A program made the position numbers and the translations under genes. Of a stretch of DNA of 64,000 nucleotides, positions 49,521-60,513 are shown one piece after another (within the stretch, counting starts at the first letter, position 1; every line of letters starts with the position of its first letter). This DNA comes from an uncultured delta proteobacterium (GTDB taxonomy: Bacteria; Myxococcota_A; Polyangia; Polyangiales; Polyangiaceae). The notes below the pieces were generated by a model, which saw only the letters and a list, made by a program, of their open reading frames with translations, did no database searches and had not been told where the DNA came from. Location of the stretch: the NCBI GenBank assembly GCA_963806225.1, contig CAWDXG010000004.1, positions 3,808,001 through 3,872,000 of the forward strand, in the 5' to 3' direction.

Positions 49521-49835
49521 TGGACGTGCCGCTGCGCTTCGACGACAGCGTCGTGCGCACGGTGACCGGGCCGGAAGCCGTGGCTGTGCTTCGAGAAGTC
49601 CGGGTCGAGCATCGGTTGCAGGACCTGCAGCAGGGCCTGCTGGATGAAGCGGTCGAGCACGGTCGGGATGCCAAGCTTGTGCATCCCACCGCCGCTGTTC
49701 GGTATGAGCTGCTGTTTCACCGGCGAGGGCCGGTACGTCCCCGCGAGCAACTGCTCGCGGAGCACGGACCAGTGGGCTCGCAGACGGGAGCTCCAGTTGC
49801 CCGGACATCCGAGGCCGTTTGCCTTCGAGACCCAC
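49520..49835 (-). pseudogene. ltrA: Group II intron reverse transcriptase/maturase remnant
   Basis: GTG start with GAGGAG RBS, MSGQLELP, then frameshift to LRAHWSVLREQLLAGTYRPSPV..KLGIPTVLDRFIQQA..HGFRPGHRAHDAV; no YADD. Confidence 0.85.
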
Positions 49836-50209
49836 GGTCGTCTCGCCCTCCTCTCCGTTCGGTCCTTCGCCGTCGCCGGCTACTACGACCTCTGCTGACT
49901 TCTCGCGCCGCTTGCGCGTCGCCCTTTCAGGCGCAAGGCGAGAATCTCCCCAGGTGAGAACGCTGTCCTTCACCGCACGACCGCCGGACTTACGTCGTCG
50001 GGCCTTGGTCACCAGAGCTTTGCGATCATTTGCTCGCTCGCCCTGCCCGCCGCCGCCTCGGATCCGGTTCTTGTACATCGGCCCGCGGTTTCGCTCCCCG
50101 CTTCCTTCCCACGGTCGGTCGCCCTCCCGCAGTTGCGGTTCGCTTCGATCGGGATGACCTCCTCTCGGCCGGACTTCCACCGGCAAGACAGCGCCCATGC
50201 TGGGCGCAC
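49520..50209 (-). mobile_element. Truncated class C group II intron (5' ribozyme portion plus RT fragment)
   Basis: 5' end GTGCGCCCAGCATGGGCG at 50209 immediately after a terminator; RT fragment within; no domain V/VI visible. Confidence 0.88.
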
Positions 50210-50241
50210 AAAGAAAGGGCGACCCACGAGGGGCCGCCCTT
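50210..50241 (-). terminator. Intrinsic terminator of groESL (intron target site)
   Basis: AAGGGCGGCCC-CTCGT-GGGTCGCCCTT-TCTTT. Confidence 0.85.
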
Positions 50242-50267
50242 GTCTTCTGCTCTTTCGAGCCTGCCGA

Positions 50268-52199
<1,932 letters not shown>

Positions 52200-52315
52200 G
52201 ACTGGTTCTCCTGGTGGCTCCCCACCTGCCGGCGCGGGGGCACAAAGCGGGCCCTGCGGCCCGTGGCGGTGGTGGAGCTAGCGTTTAACCCCTTGGAATA
52301 ACGAGGAATGCCCCT

Positions 52316-52342
52316 TTAGCACTCGTCGAGCGAGAGTGCTAA
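52316..52342. promoter_or_regulatory. CIRCE element (HrcA operator)
   Basis: Perfect TTAGCACTC-N9-GAGTGCTAA. Confidence 0.97.
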
Positions 52343-52358
52343 CAGAGGATCGAGGCGG

Positions 52359-52386
52359 AAAATAGCCACCGACATGTAGGTGTCAA
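52359..52386 (-). promoter_or_regulatory. sigma-70-type promoter of groESL
   Basis: Minus strand TTGACA-N16-TATTTT just upstream of CIRCE. Confidence 0.65.
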
Positions 52387-52704
52387 GGGGCCCGCGTTGA
52401 TTTGCGCCAAGCCGTCCAACACTCCGGAATCAAAGACTATTATTCAGCCCAACAGAGCTGCGGCTGGCAGCCGGAACGCGGGGTGGCTAGGAAAACGGCG
52501 CGGAACGGCACGGCTTTTTGGCGGCAGGCCCGCGCTGCCCGTACAACAAGGATAGGTGCAGAAGGCACGCCCCGAGTCCCGCTCCCGAAGATCGTCCCTG
52601 GCCGGTTCGCCCGGCAAGGTGGGGTGGAGAGCCGGCGGCGCGCTCCGCATCGACCTTGCCACCGGCGGACGCAGCAGCGCTGCCTTGGCAGAAAGGAGCA
52701 GCGC

Positions 52705-53346
52705 ATGAGTGCCGGTACGGATCTCCCGCATCCGGACATCGATCTGTCCGGAAATGTCACACGATTCTTCCGCGAGCTAGTCGACGACGCCCTGAAGGCA
52801 CAGGGCTCGCAAGCGACCGGCGCCGCAGAGAGCTACGTCGTCGCCTTGCTGGCCGACTACGCGAAACCCGGTCAGCTGAGCGGCGAGACACTTCGCCGCC
52901 CGCTGACGCTGCTGCTCGACGAGGCGATGCGGCGCTCCGGGCACGAACGCTTCGAGCGCCTACGCTCGCTGGGCGACGGCGTGCTGTACGTCAGCGGCTT
53001 CTTCGGAGATCACCTCGAGACCCGCGGCGTCGAGCTCGACTACGTGAGCACCCTGGGCGCTCGCGCGTACGACGGCGCGGCTGCCATGTTGCGGCACGCG
53101 TCGAGCACAGCAGCAGAGGAGCAGAGCGCGGCTCCGGATGTCTTCGCAGAACTGGCGGGGAATTTCCGGATGTTCGTCCAGCTCGTCAGCCGTATCGCGG
53201 AGCGCCTGTATGCGCAGTCGGCCTGCACGCACGGCAGCATGCTCAAGCTGTACGAGCGCTGGCTGAAGACGGGTTCGGACGCTTTGGCCGATGCGCTTGC
53301 AGCACGCGGTGTCGTGCCGGTGCGAAGCAGCGGGATGCTGCATTGA
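52705..53346 (+). CDS. Conserved hypothetical helical protein
   Basis: AAGGAG RBS; FFRELV..ESYVVALL..RSLGDGVLYVSGFF..DYVSTLGARAY..LYERWLKTGS. Confidence 0.8.
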   Translation: MSAGTDLPHPDIDLSGNVTRFFRELVDDALKAQGSQATGAAESYVVALLADYAKPGQLSGETLRRPLTLLLDEAMRRSGHERFERLRSLGDGVLYVSGFFGDHLETRGVELDYVSTLGARAYDGAAAMLRHASSTAAEEQSAAPDVFAELAGNFRMFVQLVSRIAERLYAQSACTHGSMLKLYERWLKTGSDALADALAARGVVPVRSSGMLH

Positions 53347-53978
53347 GGAAGCGCTCCGGGCACCCGCGCGAGGCCGGCGACCGCCACAGAGTGCTCAGAG
53401 GTCTGCAGCGGCAGCTCGAGCAGTTCTACGCTCTCGAGGATGCGCCCGACATCGTCGAATTCGTGCGGACGGGTGCGGAAGACAGCCGCGAAACCCTGCT
53501 CCTGCGCGAAGAGGACGGCGAGCTGGAGATCGCGGTCGTTCTGCCTCCCCAGAGCGACGGAGACGCCGCAGCTGCGGGAGCGAGCGACCTGTGGCTGCAG
53601 CTCGCCGAGGGCGTGAGCCATTTCGTGTACCTGGCGGAGCGCGCGCGGACGAATCTACCGGCCACGCGCCTCGAGCTGGAGCTGCAAGCAGAGGTCGACA
53701 AGTTCGTGCTGCTCGCGACCGAGGGGGGCGCCCTTCCAGCGGCGCGGCCCCGGCATTTCCACGTCCAGAACCTGCAACGCTGGCTCTACGAGCACGTTCG
53801 CTTCCTGCATCCCGAAGGCACCGAGGCCGGCGATCGGTATCGGCTGGCAAACGATCTGGCGGCTCGATTCGTGACGCGTACCTTCCTGCGGCTCGGGCCG
53901 AACGCTGCGCATCGGACACTACGGCGCTTCTATCGCTCGGGCCAGACCGGGAAGATCCATCTCGCCCGCGCGGCGTGA
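53343..53978 (+). CDS. Conserved hypothetical protein with EGVSHF motif
   Basis: TTGA overlap (alternative GTG 53391); EGVSHFVYL..LELELQAEVDKF..RYRLAN..LRRFYR. Confidence 0.75.
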   Translation: MRKRSGHPREAGDRHRVLRGLQRQLEQFYALEDAPDIVEFVRTGAEDSRETLLLREEDGELEIAVVLPPQSDGDAAAAGASDLWLQLAEGVSHFVYLAERARTNLPATRLELELQAEVDKFVLLATEGGALPAARPRHFHVQNLQRWLYEHVRFLHPEGTEAGDRYRLANDLAARFVTRTFLRLGPNAAHRTLRRFYRSGQTGKIHLARAA

Positions 53979-54079
53979 CGCGATGCACAAGCGCGTCATG
54001 CGGGAATCACCTTCCTAGCGGTGGGGCCCTCGGCTATCCTGAAAGTCCGTTTCTTGAGACGGCTCCCAGGAGGGTCCAG

Positions 54080-55966
54080 ATGACAACGAAGCATTGGAAG
54101 GCTCTGGTCGCGCTCGCCGCCGGCGCAGTAATCGCTGGTTCGGCGATCGCTGGCTGCGGTGGGAGCGGCAACGCGAATATCGGCAGCAGCGGCGGCGCCG
54201 CGGGCGCCGACGGCGGAGGAACCGGGGGAGGCGGTGGCAGCGGCAACACCGGCAACAGCGGCGGAACCGGTGGCAACACCGGCGGAACCGCGGGCACGTC
54301 GGATGCCGGGCCCTGCTCGGGCACCGAGCAGCAGTGCAGCGGCAGCTGCGTGGACACGCAGGCCGACAACAACAACTGCGGAAGCTGCGGCAATGTCTGC
54401 GGCGGCGGCTCTTCGTGCCAGGCCGGCAAGTGCACGTGCGCGCAAGGGGACCTTTGCAGCGGCGCTTGCGTCGATACGCAGACGGACAACGGCAATTGCG
54501 GCAGCTGCGGCAACGCCTGCAGCGGCGGGAAGACCTGCTCGGCCGGCAAGTGCGCCTGCGGTTCCAACGAGACGGACTGCAGCGGCACCTGCGTGAACAC
54601 CGACACGGACTTCAACAACTGCGGCGGCTGCGCCAAGCCGTGCTCCACCGGCCAGGTCTGTTCGGGAGGCGTCTGCGGCAACACCTGCTCGGGCAACACG
54701 ACGAACTGCGGTGGTTCCTGCGTGGACACGACCAAGGACAAGAGTCACTGCGGCGACTGCGCCACCGCTTGCTCGGCCACGAAGGAGACCTGCGTCTCCA
54801 GCAAGTGCACCTGCCCGAACAACGGCACGGTCTGTGGCGGCGCCTGTGTCGACACGCAGACGAACAGCAGTCATTGCGGCGACTGCGCAACGGTCTGCTC
54901 GGGCGGTGCGACCTGCAAGGCCGGCAAGTGCGCCAAGGCCGCCCAGTGCGGTGACGGGATCGTCGACACCGGCGAGGAGTGCGACGACGGCAATACCTCG
55001 AGCCTCGACGGCTGCGACAAGAGCTGCAAGTACGAGGTGTTCACGCGCATGGACAAGGTGACGATCCAGCGCGGCACGGCACCGTCGTACTGCGCCCACA
55101 CGAAGAACGCGATGGGCAACGCGCTCACCACGACTGGCGCGAGCAACATGAACAAGTCGCTGCAGAGCGACATCGACGCCGGCACGACGAACATCATCGT
55201 CCAGGCGCTCGGTCTGGATGATCTCACCGGCGTGAGCGACTCGGCCCTCCAGCTCGGTGCCACGAATGGCAAGCCGGATCCGGCCAAGGGAACGTTCAAT
55301 GGGAGCCAGATCGACTGGTGGTACCAACTCAATTCGACCACGCTCGACTTGAACGGCGTCCCGACGAGCCTCATCAGCCCGGCGGCCATCGCCAACCGCG
55401 CGCTCACGGCGGGCCCGTCGAACATCCAGCTGCTCTTGAGCCTCGGCGGTTCCAACGCAGTGCTCGAGATGCTGCACTCACGCATCCACGCCAGCATGGG
55501 GTCGACCACGAGCCAGCCCAAGCCGCCGCCGGACGCCAATCAGCTCCAGACCGGCCTGAAGGTATTCGAGACAATCGACGCCACGAACGGCGGTCAGGGG
55601 CTGTGCGGCGACACGACGGTCGAGTCGCTGGCGCAGATCCCGGCGCCCCAGAGCCTGTCCAAGGGCGGGTCCACGGCCTGCGGAAAGTGCAAGGGGAGCC
55701 ACACCTACACCTATTGCGGGGTGGGCAAACCGGTGAGCGCCAGCTGCAACTCGCTGCTCGACGTGTTCGTCGGCGGTTGCAAGGTTGTCGCGTGTCTCGT
55801 AGGCGCGGTGAGCCCCACGCAACCCGACGTGGCGGGCAACGGGTCCGGAAGCCTGACGCTGGACTCGAACAACAAGGTCCAGCAGACCACCAAGGGCAAC
55901 ACCAACGCGTACTCGTCGTGGATGCAGTTCCACGCCCAGCGCGTGCACGTGACCGGCACGTACTGA
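54080..55966 (+). CDS. Cys-rich repeat lipoprotein (Stig1-like repeats plus myxococcal CGDG repeat)
   Basis: IAGC lipobox, Gly-rich linker, five CxGxCVDTxxDxxxCGxC repeats, CGDGIVDTGEECDDGN. Confidence 0.85.
   Translation: MTTKHWKALVALAAGAVIAGSAIAGCGGSGNANIGSSGGAAGADGGGTGGGGGSGNTGNSGGTGGNTGGTAGTSDAGPCSGTEQQCSGSCVDTQADNNNCGSCGNVCGGGSSCQAGKCTCAQGDLCSGACVDTQTDNGNCGSCGNACSGGKTCSAGKCACGSNETDCSGTCVNTDTDFNNCGGCAKPCSTGQVCSGGVCGNTCSGNTTNCGGSCVDTTKDKSHCGDCATACSATKETCVSSKCTCPNNGTVCGGACVDTQTNSSHCGDCATVCSGGATCKAGKCAKAAQCGDGIVDTGEECDDGNTSSLDGCDKSCKYEVFTRMDKVTIQRGTAPSYCAHTKNAMGNALTTTGASNMNKSLQSDIDAGTTNIIVQALGLDDLTGVSDSALQLGATNGKPDPAKGTFNGSQIDWWYQLNSTTLDLNGVPTSLISPAAIANRALTAGPSNIQLLLSLGGSNAVLEMLHSRIHASMGSTTSQPKPPPDANQLQTGLKVFETIDATNGGQGLCGDTTVESLAQIPAPQSLSKGGSTACGKCKGSHTYTYCGVGKPVSASCNSLLDVFVGGCKVVACLVGAVSPTQPDVAGNGSGSLTLDSNNKVQQTTKGNTNAYSSWMQFHAQRVHVTGTY
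54315..54935 (+). repeat. Five imperfect ~120-bp coding repeats
   Basis: Repeated tgcgt(g/c)gacac..aactgcgg units. Confidence 0.75.
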
Positions 55967-55983
55967 TCGGTCGCACCGGCATC

Positions 55984-56024
55984 GGGCCGCGTCACCGCGA
56001 GGTGGCGCGGCCCTTCGCTTTTTT
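55984..56024 (+). terminator. Intrinsic terminator between convergent genes
   Basis: GGGCCGCGTCACC-GCGA-GGTGGCGCGGCCC-TTCGCTTTTTT. Confidence 0.85.
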
Positions 56025-56045
56025 CCAGCGTGCGTTCGCCGGGGC

Positions 56046-57215
56046 CTATAGCCCCATCAACTTCGCCAGGTAGTAGGTCATCGTCTCGCTGGTGCCGCCG
56101 CCGATACGGAGCAGGCGCGCGTCGCGCCAGGCGCGGGCGATCATGTACTCCTCCACGTAGCCCCAGCCGCCGTGGAACTGCAGGCACTGATCCATGACCT
56201 CGGCCACCAGATCGCCAGCGACGATCTTCGCCATGCTGATCAGCTTGACCGTGTCGAACGAGACGTTCGTCTTCTCGACGTAGCGCTCGTGGTTGTAGTG
56301 ATCGACGGCGCGGTCGTTGAGCGCTTCGGCCATCTCGATCTTCGTGTACATGTCGACGAAGCGGTGCTGCCAGACCTCGCGCTTGATGATCGGCTTGCCG
56401 AACACCACGCGCTCCTCGCCGTATTTCCTCGAGTACTCCACGGCCAGACGCGCGCCCGCGATACCGCTCACCGCGCCGATCAGCCGCTCCGACTGGAAGT
56501 TCTGCATGAGGTACATGAACCCCATGTTCTCTTCGCCCAGCAGGTAGCGCTTGGGGATGCGCACGTCCTCGAGGAACAGCTCCGCGGTGTCGGAGGCGTG
56601 GTTGCCGATTTTCTCCAGCTTGCGCCCGACGCGGAAACCCTTGGTGTCGGTCGGCACGAGGAAGAAGCTGCAGCCGTGCGCGCCGCCGTCGGGATTCGTC
56701 TTGACCAGCATGGTGATGAAGCTGGCGCGGGTGCCGTTGGTGATGAACGTCTTCTGACCGTTGATGACGTAGTCGTCGCCGTCCTTCCGCGCCACGGTTC
56801 GGATGCCGGACACGTCGCTGCCGGCCCCCGGCTCGGAGACGCCGATGGAGGCGATGCGATCGCCGGCCAGCGCGGGCTTGAGGAACTCGTCGACCTGTTC
56901 CGGCGTGCCGAGGTCGGCGATGACCGGCGTGGCCATGTCGCTCTGCACGAGCAGCGCCATGGTGATGCCAGCGCTGCGCCCGCGCGGCAGCTCCTGCGCC
57001 TTGACGACGCTGAACCAGTAGTCGCCGCCAGAACCGCCCTTGTCCTCCGCGTAGTGCGCTCCCAGGATCCCGAGGTCACCCGCCTTCTTGAACAGCTCGT
57101 TCGGGAAGTCTTTCGCCTTCTCCCATTCGTCGGCGAACGGCTCGATCTCCTTCTCGACGAACTGTCGGACGGTCTTTCTGAACTGCTCGTGCTCCTCGGT
57201 ATAGGGGTTCCACAT
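56046..57215 (-). CDS. Acyl-CoA dehydrogenase
   Basis: GVSEPGAGSD, INGQKTFITNG, QFHGGWGY, RIGGGTSE. Confidence 0.95.
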   Translation of the reverse strand: MWNPYTEEHEQFRKTVRQFVEKEIEPFADEWEKAKDFPNELFKKAGDLGILGAHYAEDKGGSGGDYWFSVVKAQELPRGRSAGITMALLVQSDMATPVIADLGTPEQVDEFLKPALAGDRIASIGVSEPGAGSDVSGIRTVARKDGDDYVINGQKTFITNGTRASFITMLVKTNPDGGAHGCSFFLVPTDTKGFRVGRKLEKIGNHASDTAELFLEDVRIPKRYLLGEENMGFMYLMQNFQSERLIGAVSGIAGARLAVEYSRKYGEERVVFGKPIIKREVWQHRFVDMYTKIEMAEALNDRAVDHYNHERYVEKTNVSFDTVKLISMAKIVAGDLVAEVMDQCLQFHGGWGYVEEYMIARAWRDARLLRIGGGTSETMTYYLAKLMGL

Positions 57216-57388
57216 GACGGGACCTCGCTTGCCGCCTGTCCGCGGCCTGTCGGGTTCAGGGTCGGGTCGCGCCCGGGCGCGATCAGGCCGGAAAGTGTTT
57301 CGGCCGGAAATGATTCGTACACGAAACTTCTCCCGGCGCAAACACGCGACTCGCCCAACCCAGCGAGAAGCGCTATCCTCGGAGCGCT

Positions 57389-57865
57389 GTGGGTATCTAT
57401 CCGAAGTTATTGATTTTTATTGGCGGGCTCGGACTGGCTGGCAGCGCCCTCGGCTGCGTAGGGGGTCCCAAGGAGGCCGCCGATCCACGCCAGATCCTCG
57501 GCGAGGACATGAGCCAGGGCGGAGTGGAAAGCAGCGGGGCCGCCTCGCCGAAACCGGATCCCCGGACCCCGCCGAATGCCCAGCACAAGCCGGTCCCAGA
57601 GGTCGCCGCCACCCAGAAGGAGTGCGAGCAGGCGACCCGGCATGTCGAGGAGCTGGGTATCGACCTGGCGATCAACGCCGAGACCGACCCCGCCAAGAAG
57701 AAGCAGATGGCCGACAGCAAAGCCGACACGCTCTCGAGCCCGGAGATGCAACAGCAGATCAAGCGCGGCACCGAGCAGTGCGTCCAGCGCGGCACCACCC
57801 GCCGCGAAGCGAGCTGCATCGCGCACATCCAGACCGAACAGGATATCGATCACTGCGTGCGCTGA
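57389..57865 (+). CDS. Hypothetical lipoprotein with four helical Cys
   Basis: SALGC lipobox; C..H..C..C..C pattern. Confidence 0.7.
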   Translation: MGIYPKLLIFIGGLGLAGSALGCVGGPKEAADPRQILGEDMSQGGVESSGAASPKPDPRTPPNAQHKPVPEVAATQKECEQATRHVEELGIDLAINAETDPAKKKQMADSKADTLSSPEMQQQIKRGTEQCVQRGTTRREASCIAHIQTEQDIDHCVR

Positions 57866-57877
57866 CGCGCGCCGGAC

Positions 57878-59041
57878 TCAGCCGAGCTCGTCGATCGCGT
57901 CAACGAAGCGCCGGAGCTCCTCGTCGGTCGTGTAGTAGTGCGGGCTGACGCGCAGGCCGCACCGCGGGCGGAAGTCGTGCAGCATGCCGCGCTCGAGCAG
58001 TGCCTGGCTGAGCGCCTGGGCGCCATCGCGGTCGAAGCAGAGCGTGCCGCCGCGCTCGGCGTCTGCGCGCGGCGTGTTCACCACGAAGCCCCGCTTCTCC
58101 ACCTCGTCGCGAAGTAGCGCGGTCTGCCTCAGCGACTTTTCCCGGATCGCTTCCACGCCGGCTTCCGCGAGCAGCTCCCAGCCCGCGCGGGCGGCGTACA
58201 ACGCGGGAATCGTCGGCGTGCCGTTCATGAACCGCCAGCGCCCTTCGGCGGGCTCGAGCGGGCCCGCCTCGAAACCGAAAGGACGCGCGTGCGCGAACCA
58301 GCCGGTCTGCGCGGGCCGCAACCGGCCGTACAGATCCGGATCCACGTACAGATAGGCAGTGCCTGGGCCGCCGCAGGCCCACTTGATCGATCCGCCGACG
58401 CAGAAGTCCACGCAGAAGTCCGCAACGGACAGCGGCACCGTCCCTGCCGACTGGTAGGTGTCGAGCAGCACCAGCGCGCCGACTGCGTGCGCGCGCTCCA
58501 CGATGGCGCGCACGTCCTGCATTCCGCTCGATCGGAACAGGACGTGGCTTACCGGCACGATCAGCGTGCGCTCGTCGATCGCCTCGAGCAGCCTCGCTGT
58601 GGGCGCGCGGACTCCATCATCGGCCTCGACCACGACGACTTCAGCGCCACGCCGGCGTTGCTCCTGCCAGACGTAGTCCACGCTGGAGAAATTCAGGTCG
58701 GTGTAGACGACGCGGTTTCTGGGCCCGGCGAAGTCGAAACACGAGGCGACCAGGCTCTCGAGCGTCGACACGTTGGGCCCCAGCACGACCGTGCCGGGCG
58801 CAGCGCCGAGCACGCGTGCGATCAGATCCGCCAGCTCGTCGATGAACGGCAGCCAGTGCGCCGTCCACGCGCCAACCGACTCCGCTTCCCATTCGTCCAG
58901 ATAGCGCGACAGGTAATCCCGCGCCCGCCGCGGGACCGCACCCAGCGAGTGGCTGACCAGATGGGTGCTGTGTTCGAGCGTCGGAAATTCGCTTCTCAGA
59001 GCGAGCAGACGCGCCTCGTCGCCTTCGGACACGCCGAACAC
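57878..59041 (-). CDS. Class V PLP enzyme, kynureninase-like
   Basis: SHSLGA, DTYQSAGTVP, GGSIKWACGGPG, GWF, GTP. Confidence 0.85.
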   Translation of the reverse strand: MFGVSEGDEARLLALRSEFPTLEHSTHLVSHSLGAVPRRARDYLSRYLDEWEAESVGAWTAHWLPFIDELADLIARVLGAAPGTVVLGPNVSTLESLVASCFDFAGPRNRVVYTDLNFSSVDYVWQEQRRRGAEVVVVEADDGVRAPTARLLEAIDERTLIVPVSHVLFRSSGMQDVRAIVERAHAVGALVLLDTYQSAGTVPLSVADFCVDFCVGGSIKWACGGPGTAYLYVDPDLYGRLRPAQTGWFAHARPFGFEAGPLEPAEGRWRFMNGTPTIPALYAARAGWELLAEAGVEAIREKSLRQTALLRDEVEKRGFVVNTPRADAERGGTLCFDRDGAQALSQALLERGMLHDFRPRCGLRVSPHYYTTDEELRRFVDAIDELG

Positions 59042-59069
59042 GCTATCCGAGCGGAGCCACTCGCGTCAC

Positions 59070-60453
59070 TCAGATCCGGCAGCGGGCGAGGATCTCGAGG
59101 CGGAGATCCCGGTCGTCGTTGGTGAGCCCCTCGGTCAACACGTCGGCGGGACAACGTCCGGCGCCCACGAGACGCGCGAGGCGCTCGAGGTGCACGGCCT
59201 CGGTGTGGCCGCGTGGGCTCAGCTCCGCGCGTCGCTCCAGGCCGTCGATCGCGATTTCGAGCACCTTCTCGGCCAGCTCGCGCGCTGGACGCCCCGCAAA
59301 CCGGGCGTCCAGCCCGTCGCGCACCAGGCCGGGCCGCTCGGCCATCACGGCGTCGTAGTCGAGCGTCCGCGACAGCTCCTCGGCCTCCGACAGCGCGCGC
59401 TGGTCGTAGAGCAGGCCGGTGAACAGCGCCGGAACGGAGCAGGCGAGGTTCGTCGGGAGCGAGTCGCAGCAGCGGACCTCGATGGTGCTCTTCAGCCGCG
59501 CCTCGGGAAACAGCGTGTTCAGGTGCAGCTGCCAGTCGGCCAGCGTGGCGCGGTGACCCTTGAAACCGTTCTGCCAGAAGCTGCGGAAGCTCTGCCCGGT
59601 GTTCGCGATGTACTGGTCGCCGCGCTTGAACAGGAACATGCCCGCGTCGAGCGCCCATTGGACGTAGTCGCGGTAGCCCACCCGCTCCCTGTTCCACAGC
59701 GAGGGGATGAGGCCGGAGCGATCGCGGATCCATGCGTAGCCATACGTCGCCGCGCACGCTCTTCATTCCGGCAAGCCGGCCTTCCACGAACGGGGAGTTC
59801 GCCGTCATGGCGTGGATGATCGGCGACAGCTTGAGCGAAACCGTGAGCTTCCTGAAAGCGTCCTCTTCGCTGTCGTAGTCGTAGTTCGCCTGCACGGTAG
59901 CCGTGCGCCGCATCATGTCGAGCGCGCCCGAGCCCCGCGTCGGCAGGTACTCCCGCATGATCGCGTAGCGCTTCTTTGGAACCCAGGGCAGCGCCGCCTG
60001 CTGAGCCAGCGGGTGGAACCCCACGCCCAGCCACGCGAGGTTCATTTCGCTGGAGATCTCCCGGAGCTCGTCGAGGTGCCCATGCATCTCGGCGCAGATC
60101 TTGTGGACGTTGCCCAGCGGCGCGCCGCTCAGCTCCAGCTGGGCCCCGGGCTCCAGCGTGATCGAAGCCCGCTGGCGGCCGAGCGCGATGACGGGGCCCC
60201 CGGGCGTCTCGCGCCCGGGCTCCCAGCCGTGCCGCTCGATGAGCGATTCGAAGACACGGGTCACCCCGCGGGCACCCTCGTAGGAGATGGGTTCGCCGGT
60301 GGTCGCATCCACGCCGAACTTCTCGGCTTCGCCACCTACGCGCCAGGCCTCGCGTGGCTTCTCGTAGCTATGGAACAACGCGACAAGGTCGTCTTCGCTG
60401 GAGATGGGAACGTCGCCGGACGACCCGGGCGCAGAGGCAGCAATGCTCGTCAT
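59070..60453 (-). CDS. gshA: Glutamate--cysteine ligase (plant/alphaproteobacterial type), frameshift near 59724
   Basis: VGGEAEKF, ITLEPGAQLELSGAP, PKKRYAIM, MMRRTATVQAN, ANSPF; HLNTLFPEARLKSTIEVR. Confidence 0.88.
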
Positions 60454-60513
60454 CGAGGAGGATTTCTCGCGGAAATGCGGGAGAGCGCGCGTGTTTCGAC
60501 CGGCCGGCGCCTG

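Noticed and set aside
49460..49835. RT as a retron, DGR or defence RT
   Set aside because: Group II intron 5' end and terminator target are present; the RT is truncated before YADD; no template/variable repeat pair or msr-msd seen
52506..52523. sigma-54 promoter CGGCACGGCTTTTTGG upstream of the hypothetical pair
   Set aside because: -24 element is good but the -12 GC is not at the required spacing
54315..54935. Regular repeats as a CRISPR array or multiheme motifs
   Set aside because: Repeats are degenerate, in-frame and coding; CxxC is never followed by His; no cas genes
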